Source: Candidatus Woesearchaeota archaeon
GTDB taxonomy: Archaea; Nanobdellota; Nanobdellia; Woesearchaeales; UBA10216
Length of the DNA stretch: 64,000 nucleotides
NCBI GenBank assembly: GCA_002688315.1
Contig: NZCN01000010.1
Coordinates: forward strand, 7,756 to 71,755
Direction of reading: 5' to 3'
Numbering within the stretch: position 1 is the first letter of the stretch; every line of letters begins with the position of its first letter. Made by a program: the position numbers and the translations under genes. Positions 1 to 9,849 of this stretch are shown here, piece by piece. The notes under the pieces are model-generated. The model made no database searches. It was not told the DNA's origin and saw nothing but the letters and a program-made list of their open reading frames with translations.

Positions 1-1116
1 TATTACTATAGTAGCCAGGTTTTGTTTTGTTTTTATCCGCTTAAGTATGTTTGACCAGCCAATCCCAGCCATTACAGCCATTGCCAAAGAAAACGGAGCT
101 AAAGCATGATATATTTGCCTTGTTTTTTCATAGCCAGGCAACTGGTATACCAGCTTAGTTAAGGGAGTCTCAAGCTCTATTAACAAAGACATTGCTGCTA
201 TAGTTGCAAGCGCTAAAACATATTTTCTTCTCCAAGACAACAGAGATGCCATTGCCAGCAAGAAAATAATCCCACCAGTTCTAATAGGAGACATTTGTGT
301 TCCAAAAATTTCAGAAGACCTTGAAAAAGTTATATGAGTGTGCCGCCATATGAATTCATCATATTCTACGCTTTCAGCACGGTTAGAAAGTTTGTTGAAC
401 TCTAAAGCAGGAAGAAGCTTAACAGCAGAAAAACCCAAAGTGAAAACAACAAGAATAATTCCAATTAAAGCTATTTTAAACAATTCATTCTTTTTAAATT
501 GCAAGAGAGAAAACAAAAAGTATGCTCCCAAGAAAAGACCAACACCAAGGAAACACCAAAGAAAATAAATTGTTCCGCCGGAAATTAACTGGTAAGCAAA
601 CAAAGCAGCAGATATCAAAGCGTTTCTTATTGTATTTTTCTGAGTAGCCTTATATGCAAACAAAAGTATTAGCGGGAAAAACGCCAGTGGGTAAAGATGA
701 GGCAAAATAGCCTGAAAAACAGCGTAAGCAAAGCTTCCTATGAACATGTACGCAATGCCAGATATTATTGCAGCTCTTTTATCCCTGACAAATTCATAAG
801 TAAGCAATGACGTACCAATACCTGCAATAAGCAAATGAGCAAGGATTGAAAAATTAAATGCAAGGATAGTGTTTGGTATTAACAGCATTAGCAAATTAAG
901 GATTCCAAAAAGAGGGACTTCTGGCTGGGAGTAAAGAGGATGGCCTCCGGAAAGCTGCGTTGACCAAAAAGGAATAGCGCTTTCTTTCCAGACAAAACCA
1001 TAACTGATAAAACTTCCATTAATTTCACCATATAACCTATCGTGAACAAAGAACAAGTAAAAGACAAAAGCTGCAATAACCACTAATGTCAGATATTTAT
1101 GCTTCTGAAAGTTCAT
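1..1116 (-). CDS. Polytopic integral membrane protein, C-terminus cut by the window edge; possible GT-C/YfhO-like glycosyltransferase
   Basis: Absent from the ORF track because it runs off the window. My reverse-complement translation from the ATG at 1116 reads MNFQKHKYLTLVVIAAFVFYLFFVHDRLYGEINGSF..TQLSGGHPLYSQPEVPLFGILNLLMLLIPNT... It stays open in every block I hand-checked, down to about 480. It is very hydrophobic and lies divergent to a GT2 gene. Confidence 0.55.
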   Translation of the reverse strand, partial: MNFQKHKYLTLVVIAAFVFYLFFVHDRLYGEINGSFISYGFVWKESAIPFWSTQLSGGHPLYSQPEVPLFGILNLLMLLIPNTILAFNFSILAHLLIAGIGTSLLTYEFVRDKRAAIISGIAYMFIGSFAYAVFQAILPHLYPLAFFPLILLFAYKATQKNTIRNALISAALFAYQLISGGTIYFLWCFLGVGLFLGAYFLFSLLQFKKNELFKIALIGIILVVFTLGFSAVKLLPALEFNKLSNRAESVEYDEFIWRHTHITFSRSSEIFGTQMSPIRTGGIIFLLAMASLLSWRRKYVLALATIAAMSLLIELETPLTKLVYQLPGYEKTRQIYHALAPFSLAMAVMAGIGWSNILKRIKTKQNLATIVI

Positions 1117-1198
1117 TTAATTTGCGGAACAACACGTAAGATATAAAGATTGTCATATATCACAATTTTTATATATCCCCTCTCAGTTGCAAAATGTT

Positions 1199-1921
1199 AT
1201 GGCAGAGAAAATAGTCATAGTAATGCCAGCTTACAACGCAGGCAAAACAATTGAGAGTGTTTTTTCCAGAATACCTAAGCAATTTCTTAAGAAAATTTCA
1301 GAGTTTATTGTTGTTAATGATGGAAGCACGGATGATACTGTTGAGAAAATCAAATTACTCAGCAAACACCATAAAATAAAAATGTTAACCCACGACCCTA
1401 ATCGGGGATATGGCGCAGCGCAAAAAACAGGCTTTATACAGGCAATCAAATCAAACGCTGATATTGCTGTACTGCTTCATTCAGACGGGCAATACCCTCC
1501 TGAAATGCTTCCAACAATAATCAGCCCCATATTATCAGGAAACGCAGATATGGTTTTAGGCTCAAGAATACTCGGAGGAACAGCATTGAAAGGAGGCATG
1601 CCTCTGCACCGTTATATTGGAAACAGGGCTTTAACAATGCTGGAAAACCTTGCTTATGGCCTTAACATATCAGAATACCACACAGGATACATAGCTTACT
1701 CTAAGAAAGCCTTAACATCAATTCCATTACTAAAACTAAGCAACACATTTCATTTTGACGGTGAAATGATTCTGATGGCAAGCAAGCGCAAACTGCGCAT
1801 AAAAGAAATAGGCATACCAACGCACTACGGAAGCGAAGAAACGTATCTGAACGCGTTCACATACGGAATAGATGTTCTCAAAATAATCTTCAAGAATTTA
1901 ATCGGGAAATACAACTTTTAA
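1199..1921 (+). CDS. Family 2 glycosyltransferase (dolichyl-phosphate sugar synthase-like)
   Basis: IVMPAYNAG..VVNDGSTDDT..NRGYGAAQKTG..HSDGQYPP is a typical GT2/DPM1-like pattern. The in-frame ATG at 1199 is preferred over the TTG at 1187. Confidence 0.85.
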   Translation: MAEKIVIVMPAYNAGKTIESVFSRIPKQFLKKISEFIVVNDGSTDDTVEKIKLLSKHHKIKMLTHDPNRGYGAAQKTGFIQAIKSNADIAVLLHSDGQYPPEMLPTIISPILSGNADMVLGSRILGGTALKGGMPLHRYIGNRALTMLENLAYGLNISEYHTGYIAYSKKALTSIPLLKLSNTFHFDGEMILMASKRKLRIKEIGIPTHYGSEETYLNAFTYGIDVLKIIFKNLIGKYNF

Positions 1922-2955
1922 AATATATCCTTGTTTTCTTTCGCCCAGTCAACAAGTTTCTGAACACCTTCTTCAGGCTTTATTTTTGGGGCCCAGCCAA
2001 GTTCGTGGCCTGCTTTGCTAATGTCTGCTATAAACACTTTCTGGTCAGAAGGCCTCCAGTCAGAAAACGACAGGCTGCTTTCCTTGCCAGTAAGCTTTTT
2101 CAAAATCTCAAGAAGCTCAAGAAGAGACATTGTATTTTCTTTGCCGCCGCCAGTATTGTAAACACCATGCTTAACATTGCTGTTTATGAACTTATCATAA
2201 AGCTCAATCAAATCAGAAACATAAAGAACATCCCTAACCTGCTTTCCGTCTCCGTAAATCGTTATGGGTTTTCCAAGAATTGTGGCAATAGAAAACCATG
2301 AAACCCAGCCTTGGTCCTCAACACCAAACTGCCTTGTTCCGTAAATGCAGGACATCCTGAAAACTCCTGTCTTGATTCCGTAAACATGCGAGTAATCCTG
2401 AGCGTATAAGTCACCAGTAAGCTTGGAAGTGCCGTAAGGAGTATGCTCACACAAGTCAATAGAAAATGTTTCAGGCAGCCCTTTTTCAAATCCTTTTCCA
2501 AAATTATAACGCTTTTCTCCCTCTGTAACTTCAATAGAATCTGTGTTGTTTCCGAAAACTTTGTTAGTAGAGCAGTAAACAACAGTTTTCACGTCATTTT
2601 TCCTGGCTGCTTCCATAACATTAAATGAGCCTATGGCATTTGTCTTAAAATCTGCAACAGGATCTTTAACCGAAGCTGTAACAGCTGTTTGAGCTGCTGC
2701 GTGGAATATTACATCAGCGCCTTTAGCAGCTGCATCAAGCTCTTCAAAATCAACAATGTCTTTCTGGACTAGTTTAATTTTAGGAAAATTTTTCTGCAGG
2801 AATTTTGCGTTAAAGTCAGCATTTTTTGTTTCACTGTTAAGAAGCTTTGATCTTGAAAGATTATCAAATACAGTTATATCCCAATCCTTTTTTGCATAAT
2901 ACTCTGCTATGTGACTTCCAACAAAGCCTGCTCCACCTGTAATAAGTGCTCTCAT
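1918..2955 (-). CDS. NAD-dependent sugar-nucleotide epimerase/dehydratase (extended SDR)
   Basis: N-terminal Rossmann motif ITGGAGFVGSH and a YGTSK catalytic Y-x3-K motif. 345 aa. Confidence 0.85.
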   Translation of the reverse strand: MRALITGGAGFVGSHIAEYYAKKDWDITVFDNLSRSKLLNSETKNADFNAKFLQKNFPKIKLVQKDIVDFEELDAAAKGADVIFHAAAQTAVTASVKDPVADFKTNAIGSFNVMEAARKNDVKTVVYCSTNKVFGNNTDSIEVTEGEKRYNFGKGFEKGLPETFSIDLCEHTPYGTSKLTGDLYAQDYSHVYGIKTGVFRMSCIYGTRQFGVEDQGWVSWFSIATILGKPITIYGDGKQVRDVLYVSDLIELYDKFINSNVKHGVYNTGGGKENTMSLLELLEILKKLTGKESSLSFSDWRPSDQKVFIADISKAGHELGWAPKIKPEEGVQKLVDWAKENKDIF

Positions 2956-3018
2956 CTTTGTTTGGAAAATTCCAAGTTACTTAAATAGTTTATGTCATTA
3001 TGATATCAAGCCTTGTTT

Positions 3019-3122
3019 AAAATCTCGTTTTCGCTTTCTTCCTCTTTTACCTCTCCTAATCTAAGTTAAGGGGAGGTAAAAAGGAAAAGGAGCAAAGAAC
3101 AGAAGCATGCATAAGAGATTTT
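3019..3122. repeat. Long imperfect palindrome with a 13-bp pyrimidine/purine core hairpin, in a divergent promoter region
   Basis: Core arms are cttttacctctcc (3044-3056) and ggggaggtaaaa(a)g (3070-3083), separated by a 13-nt loop. Outer arms are aaaatctc (3019-3026) and gagatttt (3115-3122). Confidence 0.4.
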
Positions 3123-3262
3123 CATCAAACACATCAGAAAAGTTTAAATACTAAAAAAAGACCCCTAATTACAATACGGTCTAAAGAAGGTCAGACATTC
3201 AGTTAAAGAAGATGCGCTTTCTGCAGATTGTAAATAAAATAAATAGATGGAGGGTAAATAAA

Positions 3263-3634
3263 ATGTATGAAGACAGAGGCGGATTTGAAAGTAGAGATGC
3301 GGTTCCCGTAAATGTGGGAGACGAATTTGAAGTGACGATAGAGGCTGTTGGAGCCAAAGGAGACGGCATTGCCAAGAAAGAAGGTTTTGTTCTTTTTGTT
3401 CCTGGCGTACAGAAAGGGGACAATGTGAAGATAAAAATCACAAAAGTTCTTCGAAAAGTAGGATTTGCTGAAGTAGTTGGCTCATCTGAAGGCGGAAGCG
3501 AAGAGCAGCCAGCTGAAGAAGCGCCTGCAGACGAAGCTTCTGAGGAAGCTCCACAGGAAGAAGCAACACAAGACGCTGCTCCTGAAGAAGCACCTCAAGA
3601 CTCCGAAGACTTCGGCGAAGACGAAAAGAAATAA
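3263..3634 (+). CDS. TRAM-domain protein with an acidic low-complexity C-terminal tail
   Basis: VPVNVGDEFEVTIEAVGAKGDGIAKKEGFVLFVPGVQKGDNVKIKITKV is a classic archaeal TRAM domain. A GGAGGG-like motif lies before the ATG at 3263. The tail is rich in E, A, P and Q. Confidence 0.8.
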   Translation: MYEDRGGFESRDAVPVNVGDEFEVTIEAVGAKGDGIAKKEGFVLFVPGVQKGDNVKIKITKVLRKVGFAEVVGSSEGGSEEQPAEEAPADEASEEAPQEEATQDAAPEEAPQDSEDFGEDEKK

Positions 3635-3697
3635 TCTTTTCTGTTTTTTATTTTTTTAATTATTATTTTAAATAACAATAGCTACAGCATTTACAAC

Positions 3698-4228
3698 ATG
3701 AGATGCTTCATATCAATAGAATTGCCAGAAGAAGTTAAAAAGGAATTACAAAAGCTGCAAGAAGACATCAGAAGCAGCAATATTAAAGCTTCCTTTAGCA
3801 AAGGCTTTCACCTTACTCTTAAGTATCTTGGAGATTTAACGCCTGAAAAAGTCGAACATGTGAAAAAAAGACTTAGCAGTTGTAAATTCAAGAAATTTGA
3901 AGTAACTCTTGACGATTTTGGTGTTTTTCCCAATGAAAAACACATAAAAGTTATTTGGGTTGGTATAAAGCCAGAAGAAGACGTTGTAAAGCTTCAGAAA
4001 GAGATTGATGAAGCAATGCAAAAAGACTTCAAGAAAGAAAAACAGTTCAAAGCACACTTAACATTAGCAAGAATAAAGCATGTCAAGGATAAAGAGAATT
4101 TTCTGCAGTTTCTAAAAAATATTGAAATTAAGAAGATAAACTTTAGCGTTAATGAATTCAAACTAATGCGAAGCACGCTAACCGCAGAAGGGCCTGTTTA
4201 TGATGAGTTGTTTGTTTACAAGCAGTAA
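3698..4228 (+). CDS. thpR: RNA 2',3'-cyclic phosphodiesterase / 2'-5' RNA ligase family (2H phosphoesterase)
   Basis: Two H-x-T-x motifs are present: HLTLKYLG and HLTLARIK. Confidence 0.85.
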   Translation: MRCFISIELPEEVKKELQKLQEDIRSSNIKASFSKGFHLTLKYLGDLTPEKVEHVKKRLSSCKFKKFEVTLDDFGVFPNEKHIKVIWVGIKPEEDVVKLQKEIDEAMQKDFKKEKQFKAHLTLARIKHVKDKENFLQFLKNIEIKKINFSVNEFKLMRSTLTAEGPVYDELFVYKQ

Positions 4229-4342
4229 CATTTATAAACCACTCTCGAATCCTTCAATGTATTGCCCAAGCATCTGATTTGGATGCTGTCGCAACAGGCG
4301 ATAATAAGTTGCGGTTCAAGAATTCTTGAATCGGTGATATTT

Positions 4343-4942
4343 ATGGAAGAAGAACAATTATTAGTACCGCAGGACCAGTATCTTAAGGCAGGCATACATA
4401 TTGGGACAAAATTCAGAACAAAATACATGGAACGCTTTATTTACAAGACAAGGCCTGATGGGCTTAGCGTTCTGAACCTGCAGAGAATAGATGAGCGAAT
4501 AAAAGTTGCAGTTAAACTTCTTGCTAACTATGAACCAAAAGATATTTTGATTGTAAGCAGACGAGAGAATGGCTGGAAAGCGCTCAAAGCTATGAGCAAG
4601 CTTACAGGCATTAAAGTATTTGCAGGAAGATACTTGCCTGGAATACTCACAAATCCTGCTCTTGATAAATATGAAGAAGCAAAAGTTTTATTGGCAACAG
4701 ATGCATGGCCTGACAGAAACGCCATATCAGATTCTGTAAGAATGGGCATACCGGTTATTGCTTTGTGCGATACAAACAATCAGACAAATAATATTGATTT
4801 AGTCATACCTTGCAACAATAAAGGAAAGAAAAGCTTAGGATTATTGTTTTGGGTTATAACAAGAGAATATCTTAAAGCAAAAGGTTTGATAAAAAAAGAT
4901 TCTGAATTCAAGGGAAAATTAGAAGATTTCACAGAGGAATAA
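4343..4942 (+). CDS. rps2: 30S ribosomal protein uS2
   Basis: YLKAGIHIGT..., RFIYKTRPDGLSVLNL and VIALCDTNN. The internal ATG at 4343 is preferred, because the track's 27-aa N-terminal extension looks non-coding. Confidence 0.9.
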   Translation: MEEEQLLVPQDQYLKAGIHIGTKFRTKYMERFIYKTRPDGLSVLNLQRIDERIKVAVKLLANYEPKDILIVSRRENGWKALKAMSKLTGIKVFAGRYLPGILTNPALDKYEEAKVLLATDAWPDRNAISDSVRMGIPVIALCDTNNQTNNIDLVIPCNNKGKKSLGLLFWVITREYLKAKGLIKKDSEFKGKLEDFTEE

Positions 4943-5050
4943 TTACTCTTCTTCGTAACCTCTCATAAAGCCTTCTTCTGCAGCTGATATCTCGTCGTCG
5001 TCAAGCAGATCTGCAATCTTATCAATTTCCCATTTTTCTTCCATTTGCAT
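4943..5050 (-). CDS. Small acidic hypothetical protein (35 aa)
   Basis: Hand translation: MQMEEKWEIDKIADLLDDDEISAAEEGFMRGYEEE. It fills the gap between rps2 and the next gene. There is no other support. Confidence 0.3.
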   Translation of the reverse strand: MQMEEKWEIDKIADLLDDDEISAAEEGFMRGYEEE

Positions 5051-5141
5051 CACCTTAAGAAATAATCAGAATAACCTTTATATATGTGTTAGCGATATAC
5101 TCTATATACTATATAATTACGTGTTAAGTATAGGGGGAACT

Positions 5142-6077
5142 ATGGAATTCAGAAAACTAATGGCTTTTGGGAACTCTTCTTATATAATCTCTGTTCCAAA
5201 AGCATGGATTGAAAAGAATAGGCTGAAGAAAGGAGATGTGCTTCTTGTAGAACAAAAACCTAACGAGTTAATAATCAGCTCGAAAGATGCAAGTGAAAGA
5301 AGAAAAATAAATGAAATCACAATCAATCCTGAAGGAAAAACATTTGAAGAGTTCAAAACAGAAATTATTTCCCTGTACGTGAATAATTACGATGTGATAA
5401 CTGTTGTTAATGTGAAGAATTCTGATACTGTTAAAGATATATTCAGGAGCTTAGTCGGGATGGAGGTTGTTGAAGAAACTGCAACAAAGATAGTTGCAAA
5501 AGATTTGCTTAACATACAAGAAGTTTCTCTGGATAATGTTATAAGAAGAATGGACATAATAATAAGATCCATGCTTTCAGACTCTATAGAACTTGATGTG
5601 GCAAATGCTGACAGCGTAGTAGGCAGGGATAAAGAAGTTAACAGACTTAGCTTGCTTGGCTTCAGAACCGCAAAAGCTGCAACTGACAATCCACGACTGC
5701 TTAAGCTATTTAACACAACTTACTGGAACGTATTAATTGCAAAGCAAGTAATTACCTATCTTGAAAGGTTTGCAGACCAGATAAAACGCATAATAAGAAC
5801 TGCAAAAGATGAAAAAATTGACAAGAAAGAACGAAATGACTTATTGAAGCTTATTAAGTCTGTAAATGATAATTATATTATGGTAATGAAAATTTTCTAT
5901 GAAAAGAAAAAGCAGGAAGCGTTTAAAGCAGAAACAACAACACGCGCACTCCTCAAAGACTGCGATACAATTCTAAGAAAATATCCAAAAGTATCTATTG
6001 TCAGGTTTATCGAGTATTTCCAGCACACAATAGGATCAATGAAAGGAATCCTAAGAACTGTAATGGAGTACGAGTAA
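5142..6077 (+). CDS. AbrB/SpoVT-domain plus PhoU-like domain protein (archaeal phosphate-uptake-regulator family)
   Basis: The N-terminus FGNSSYIISVPKAWIEKNRLKKGDVL is an AbrB-type looped hinge. The rest is a helical PhoU-like region. An AGGGGG motif lies 5 nt before the ATG at 5142. Confidence 0.75.
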   Translation: MEFRKLMAFGNSSYIISVPKAWIEKNRLKKGDVLLVEQKPNELIISSKDASERRKINEITINPEGKTFEEFKTEIISLYVNNYDVITVVNVKNSDTVKDIFRSLVGMEVVEETATKIVAKDLLNIQEVSLDNVIRRMDIIIRSMLSDSIELDVANADSVVGRDKEVNRLSLLGFRTAKAATDNPRLLKLFNTTYWNVLIAKQVITYLERFADQIKRIIRTAKDEKIDKKERNDLLKLIKSVNDNYIMVMKIFYEKKKQEAFKAETTTRALLKDCDTILRKYPKVSIVRFIEYFQHTIGSMKGILRTVMEYE

Positions 6078-6078
6078 G

Positions 6079-6759
6079 TTAAACAATACCTTCTTCCTTA
6101 ATTTCAAACTCAATCTCTTTTTCAGGAAGGCTTCTGTGTTTCTTCAGCAATGCTTTTCTCTTGTTGCGGTTAAGAGCCTGAAGCTCGATAAGGCATTTGC
6201 TGTTGTAATGAATTATATCCCCTCCAACCATCTTCACTTTTGTTTTGTCATCAAAGTCAGCATAAACCTGATTTGTAAGAATTATCGGAATTGAGTTTTT
6301 CCTGGAAATTTCCAATAGTTTGCCAAGCTGCTTTCCAAGCTCTGCGTTAAGGCCTTGATTGTCATCACCGCGCTCAAGCCTATACAAAGCAGAGATAGTA
6401 TCGCAAACAATTAAGCCAACACCTTTTGGAAACTTTTTATGCAGCGAATCAATGCAATGCTTTTGCTCAAGAAAAGTTGTTGGCTTCATAATAAAAACAC
6501 GGTCAAGAACTTCTTTGTAATCAGGAGTTAGCTGTTTTAATCGTTCTGTAGAAAAACCTCCTTCAGTATCTATGAATATTACCTTGCTGTCATTTGTTGC
6601 TGATAACGCAGAAAGCAGGCAAGCTGTTGTTTTGCCTGTTCCAGAAGGTCCAAATATAGTCGTAATTACAGACTTTTCATAACCTCCACCAAGGAATTTA
6701 TCAACAGTTTCAGAGCCTGTTTTAAGACGATCTTCCATAATAAAAGACATCTTAGACAA
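6079..6759 (-). CDS. radB: RadB-like RecA-family ATPase (RadA paralog)
   Basis: LGGGYEKSVITTIFGPSGTGKTT (Walker A), VIFIDTEGGFS and LIVCDT (Walker B-like). At 226 aa it lacks the N-terminal HhH domain. Confidence 0.8.
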   Translation of the reverse strand: MSKMSFIMEDRLKTGSETVDKFLGGGYEKSVITTIFGPSGTGKTTACLLSALSATNDSKVIFIDTEGGFSTERLKQLTPDYKEVLDRVFIMKPTTFLEQKHCIDSLHKKFPKGVGLIVCDTISALYRLERGDDNQGLNAELGKQLGKLLEISRKNSIPIILTNQVYADFDDKTKVKMVGGDIIHYNSKCLIELQALNRNKRKALLKKHRSLPEKEIEFEIKEEGIV

Positions 6760-6880
6760 GATTATAAAGGTTTTTGTGGTAGCTGCAAACTAGTAAGAAA
6801 CATATATCCCACAGTATCCAAACATTTAAATATAACATCATACACAGTATGATAAAGTATGATGAAAAGAGGTGATTGAG

Positions 6881-6991
6881 ATGTATGCTGCTGAAAAAGC
6901 AATGGATGATGTGACTGAATTTATGACAAAAAAGAAAAACAAACACGAGCAGCAAGCATTCTTAGAACAAGTATTATTTGGGCTGAGTTAA
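6881..6991 (+). CDS. Small hypothetical protein (36 aa)
   Basis: MYAAEKAMDDVTEFMTKKKNKHEQQAFLEQVLFGLS. A strong GAGGTGA motif lies 6 nt upstream. The stop abuts the gap start codon. Confidence 0.3.
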   Translation: MYAAEKAMDDVTEFMTKKKNKHEQQAFLEQVLFGLS

Positions 6992-8005
6992 TTGGGAAAA
7001 GTAAAGGTAGTAATTAACGGCTACGGTGTAATAGGAAGACGGGTTGCTGACGCTATTCTAAAACAAGATGATATGGAACTTATTGGAGTTACTAAAACAA
7101 AGCCAGACTTCAGGTTATTAGAAGCAAAAGAAAAAAGAATAAAGATTTTTACTGTTTCTGACAAAAACGCTTTTGAAGAAAAAAACTATCAAGTAGAAGG
7201 TGATTTGAAAGATGCTCTGAAAGAAACTGATGTTGTAATTGATTGCTCTCCTAAAAACAAAGGTGTTGAAAACCTGGAAGTTTACAAACAATTTCCTAAC
7301 TTAAAAGTAATTTTTCAAGGAGGCGAGTCTCACAATCTTACTAATTTTTCTTTTAACAGTCAGTGTAATTACGATGAAGCTAAAGAGAAAAAATATGCAA
7401 GAGTAGTTTCATGCAACACCACTGCATTATGCAGGATAATCTCTCAGCTTAATAAATTCTATAAAATTAAGAAAGCAAGAGTTGCTGTAGTCAGAAGAAG
7501 TGCAGACCCAGGAAACAGCAAGAAGAGCATTATCAATTCTTGGGAACCTAAATTAGAATACCCCAGCCACCATTCTCCTGATGTAACTACAGTCATTCCA
7601 GATATAAAAATATCTTCTCTAGCAGGGATTGCGCCAATGACAGCAATGCACGGCCACATGCTTTTTATTGAATTTTATAATCAGCCAAATACACCAGAAG
7701 AAGTGATAAAAAACTTAGAATGCAATCCAAGAATCAAAATAATCAGCTCTGAAGAAGGATTTTCAACAACAGCTCAAATAAAAGACTTTTCTGTGTCTAA
7801 CGGAAGGAAAGGAAACATGTACGAAGTTTGCATTTGGAAAGAAGGAATCGGACTGGACGAAGACAGCGAGTTAGGGATGCACATTGCAATAGACCAGCAA
7901 GCCATTGTTGTTCCTGAAACCATTGATGCGATTCGCGCAATGTTTGGACTTATGGAGAAGGATGAATCCATAAACAAGACAAATGCCAATCTTAACATTT
8001 CTTAA
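6992..8005 (+). CDS. gap: Type II (archaeal) glyceraldehyde-3-phosphate dehydrogenase
   Basis: VVINGYGVIGRRVA and the SCNTTALCR active-site Cys context. Length is 337 aa. TTG start. Confidence 0.9.
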   Translation: MGKVKVVINGYGVIGRRVADAILKQDDMELIGVTKTKPDFRLLEAKEKRIKIFTVSDKNAFEEKNYQVEGDLKDALKETDVVIDCSPKNKGVENLEVYKQFPNLKVIFQGGESHNLTNFSFNSQCNYDEAKEKKYARVVSCNTTALCRIISQLNKFYKIKKARVAVVRRSADPGNSKKSIINSWEPKLEYPSHHSPDVTTVIPDIKISSLAGIAPMTAMHGHMLFIEFYNQPNTPEEVIKNLECNPRIKIISSEEGFSTTAQIKDFSVSNGRKGNMYEVCIWKEGIGLDEDSELGMHIAIDQQAIVVPETIDAIRAMFGLMEKDESINKTNANLNIS

Positions 8006-8051
8006 GGAAATTCTAAACCTTTTTATATAAGTTCACAATAGTGAATTTCTT

Positions 8052-8423
8052 ATGAAAACACAGCTAATAATGCCTCAGGAAGTTGAAGTTTTCTACGTAA
8101 TACCCGCCCTGAGAAGAGAAATGGCTGTAGCTATGAAAGCTTCTGGGAAAAAGCAGAAAGACATAGCAAAGTTGCTGTGTGTTGAGGAATCTACTATAAG
8201 CCAATACCTTAATAACAAGCGTGCAGCCAAAATGAATCTGAACGATAAAATAAAGCGTGATGTTGCTGATTCTGTGAAAAAGATTCAAAATAAAGTGGAC
8301 CTTATTGTTGAGACTCAAAAGCTTTTGGCATTAGCAAAAAACGAGAATGCATTGTGTGAAATCCACAGAGCAATAGTTAAACTTCCGGAAAGCTGCGATG
8401 ACTGCATTGTCAAGTTAAAATGA
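8052..8423 (+). CDS. Small HTH transcriptional regulator with a Cys-rich C-terminus, translationally coupled to sufB
   Basis: HTH-like KQKDIAKLLCVEESTISQYLNNKR. C-terminal CEIH..ESCDDC. The stop overlaps the sufB ATG (ATGA at 8420). Confidence 0.65.
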   Translation: MKTQLIMPQEVEVFYVIPALRREMAVAMKASGKKQKDIAKLLCVEESTISQYLNNKRAAKMNLNDKIKRDVADSVKKIQNKVDLIVETQKLLALAKNENALCEIHRAIVKLPESCDDCIVKLK

Positions 8424-9826
8424 AACAGGTACAGATTCAAAAAATCAAGAAAGCAATGGATACTGCTGTTGAAAGCAAAGATTCTTTTGTAGCAGAACCA
8501 GGAAAGCTTGATGAGGAACTTGTAAGATTTATTTCAAAAGATAAAAATGAGCCTGATTGGATGCTGAAGAAACGGCTTAAAGCTTTGGAATTGTTTAAGA
8601 AAACTCCAATGCCGAAATGGGGGCCAAGCTTAAAGAAACTAGAAATGGACAAAATTATATTCTACAGAACACCAGATATGGAGCAAACAACAGATTGGGA
8701 GGAAGTTCCTTCGGAAATAAAGAAAACTTTTGATGCTTTAGGAATTCCAGAAGCAGAACGCAAAGCATTAGGAGGAACTGGAGCGCAGTTTGAATCAAAC
8801 GTTATCTACCATAAACTAAAAAAAGAATTCGATAAGCAAGGAGTGATTTTTGAAGACATGAATGTTGCAGTAAAAAAATATCCTGAATTGGTAAAGAAAT
8901 ATTTCATGACAAACTGCATTCCAATAAGTGATCACAAGTTCATAATGCTGCATGCTGCAGTCTGGAGTGGAGGTACGTTCATTTATGTTCCAAAAAATGT
9001 GAAAGTTACGCTGCCATTGCAGGCATACTTCCGAATGAATGCAAAACTTGGCGGCCAGTTTGAGCATACGCTGATAGTAGTAGAAGCTGGGGGCGAGGTA
9101 AATTATATTGAAGGCTGTTCAGCTCCGCAGTTTGGAGAAGCAAAAGCACTGCATGCAGGCGGTGTGGAAATTTATGTTGGAGAAGGCGCTAGAGTTAGAT
9201 ACAGCAGTGTTGAAAACTGGAGCACAAGCACATTTAACCTTAACACAAAGCGAGCCATTATTGAGAAGAATGGCATCATTGAATGGGTAGGAGGCAATAT
9301 GGGCAGTTGCACCACCATGCTTTACCCGTGCAGCATACTAAAAGGAGAAGGAGCCAGAGCAGACCATCTTGGAATTGCTTATGCAGGACGTAATCAAAAC
9401 CAAGACACAGGAGCAAAAGTGTATCATATTGCTCCAAACACCAGCTCAAATATCAGAATGAAAAGTATAAGCAAAGACGGAGGAGTTTGCACTTACCGTG
9501 GCTTAGTAAAAGTCGCTAAGAGTTCTAAAAATTCCAAAGTAGCTGCAATATGCGATGCTTTAATTTTAGACAAAAAATCCATATCAAATACAATTCCAGA
9601 CATGGACATAGGAGAGGAAACAGTCCAGATATCACACGAAGCAAGTGTTGGAAAGCTAAGCACAGAGAAAATTTTCTACTTAATGAGCCGAGGGTTAAAG
9701 GAAGAAGAAGCTATTCAGATGATTGTTACTGGATTTATGGAACCAATCATGAAAGAGCTTCCATTAGAATATGCTGTTGAACTCAACAAGTTGATACAGC
9801 TTGAAATGGTTGGAGCAGTAGGATAA
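8420..9826 (+). CDS. sufB: Fe-S cluster assembly protein SufB
   Basis: 468 aa with SufB/D family signatures, including ...YLMSRGL.EEEA...V.GF at the C-terminus. Confidence 0.95.
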   Translation: MKQVQIQKIKKAMDTAVESKDSFVAEPGKLDEELVRFISKDKNEPDWMLKKRLKALELFKKTPMPKWGPSLKKLEMDKIIFYRTPDMEQTTDWEEVPSEIKKTFDALGIPEAERKALGGTGAQFESNVIYHKLKKEFDKQGVIFEDMNVAVKKYPELVKKYFMTNCIPISDHKFIMLHAAVWSGGTFIYVPKNVKVTLPLQAYFRMNAKLGGQFEHTLIVVEAGGEVNYIEGCSAPQFGEAKALHAGGVEIYVGEGARVRYSSVENWSTSTFNLNTKRAIIEKNGIIEWVGGNMGSCTTMLYPCSILKGEGARADHLGIAYAGRNQNQDTGAKVYHIAPNTSSNIRMKSISKDGGVCTYRGLVKVAKSSKNSKVAAICDALILDKKSISNTIPDMDIGEETVQISHEASVGKLSTEKIFYLMSRGLKEEEAIQMIVTGFMEPIMKELPLEYAVELNKLIQLEMVGAVG

Positions 9827-9849
9827 AATTTCTGAAGTTTTGCAAGAAA

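Noticed and set aside
4262-4342. N-terminal extensions in the ORF track: rps2 from 4262, the COG1931-like gene from 44032, the cupin from 56049, the GT4 from 18449, aIF2-beta from 58888, and DUF424 from 59244.
   Set aside because: The extensions overlap neighbouring genes or promoters. They translate to atypical sequence. An internal ATG coincides with the conserved family N-terminus, often with a GGAGG-like motif or an ATGA coupling.
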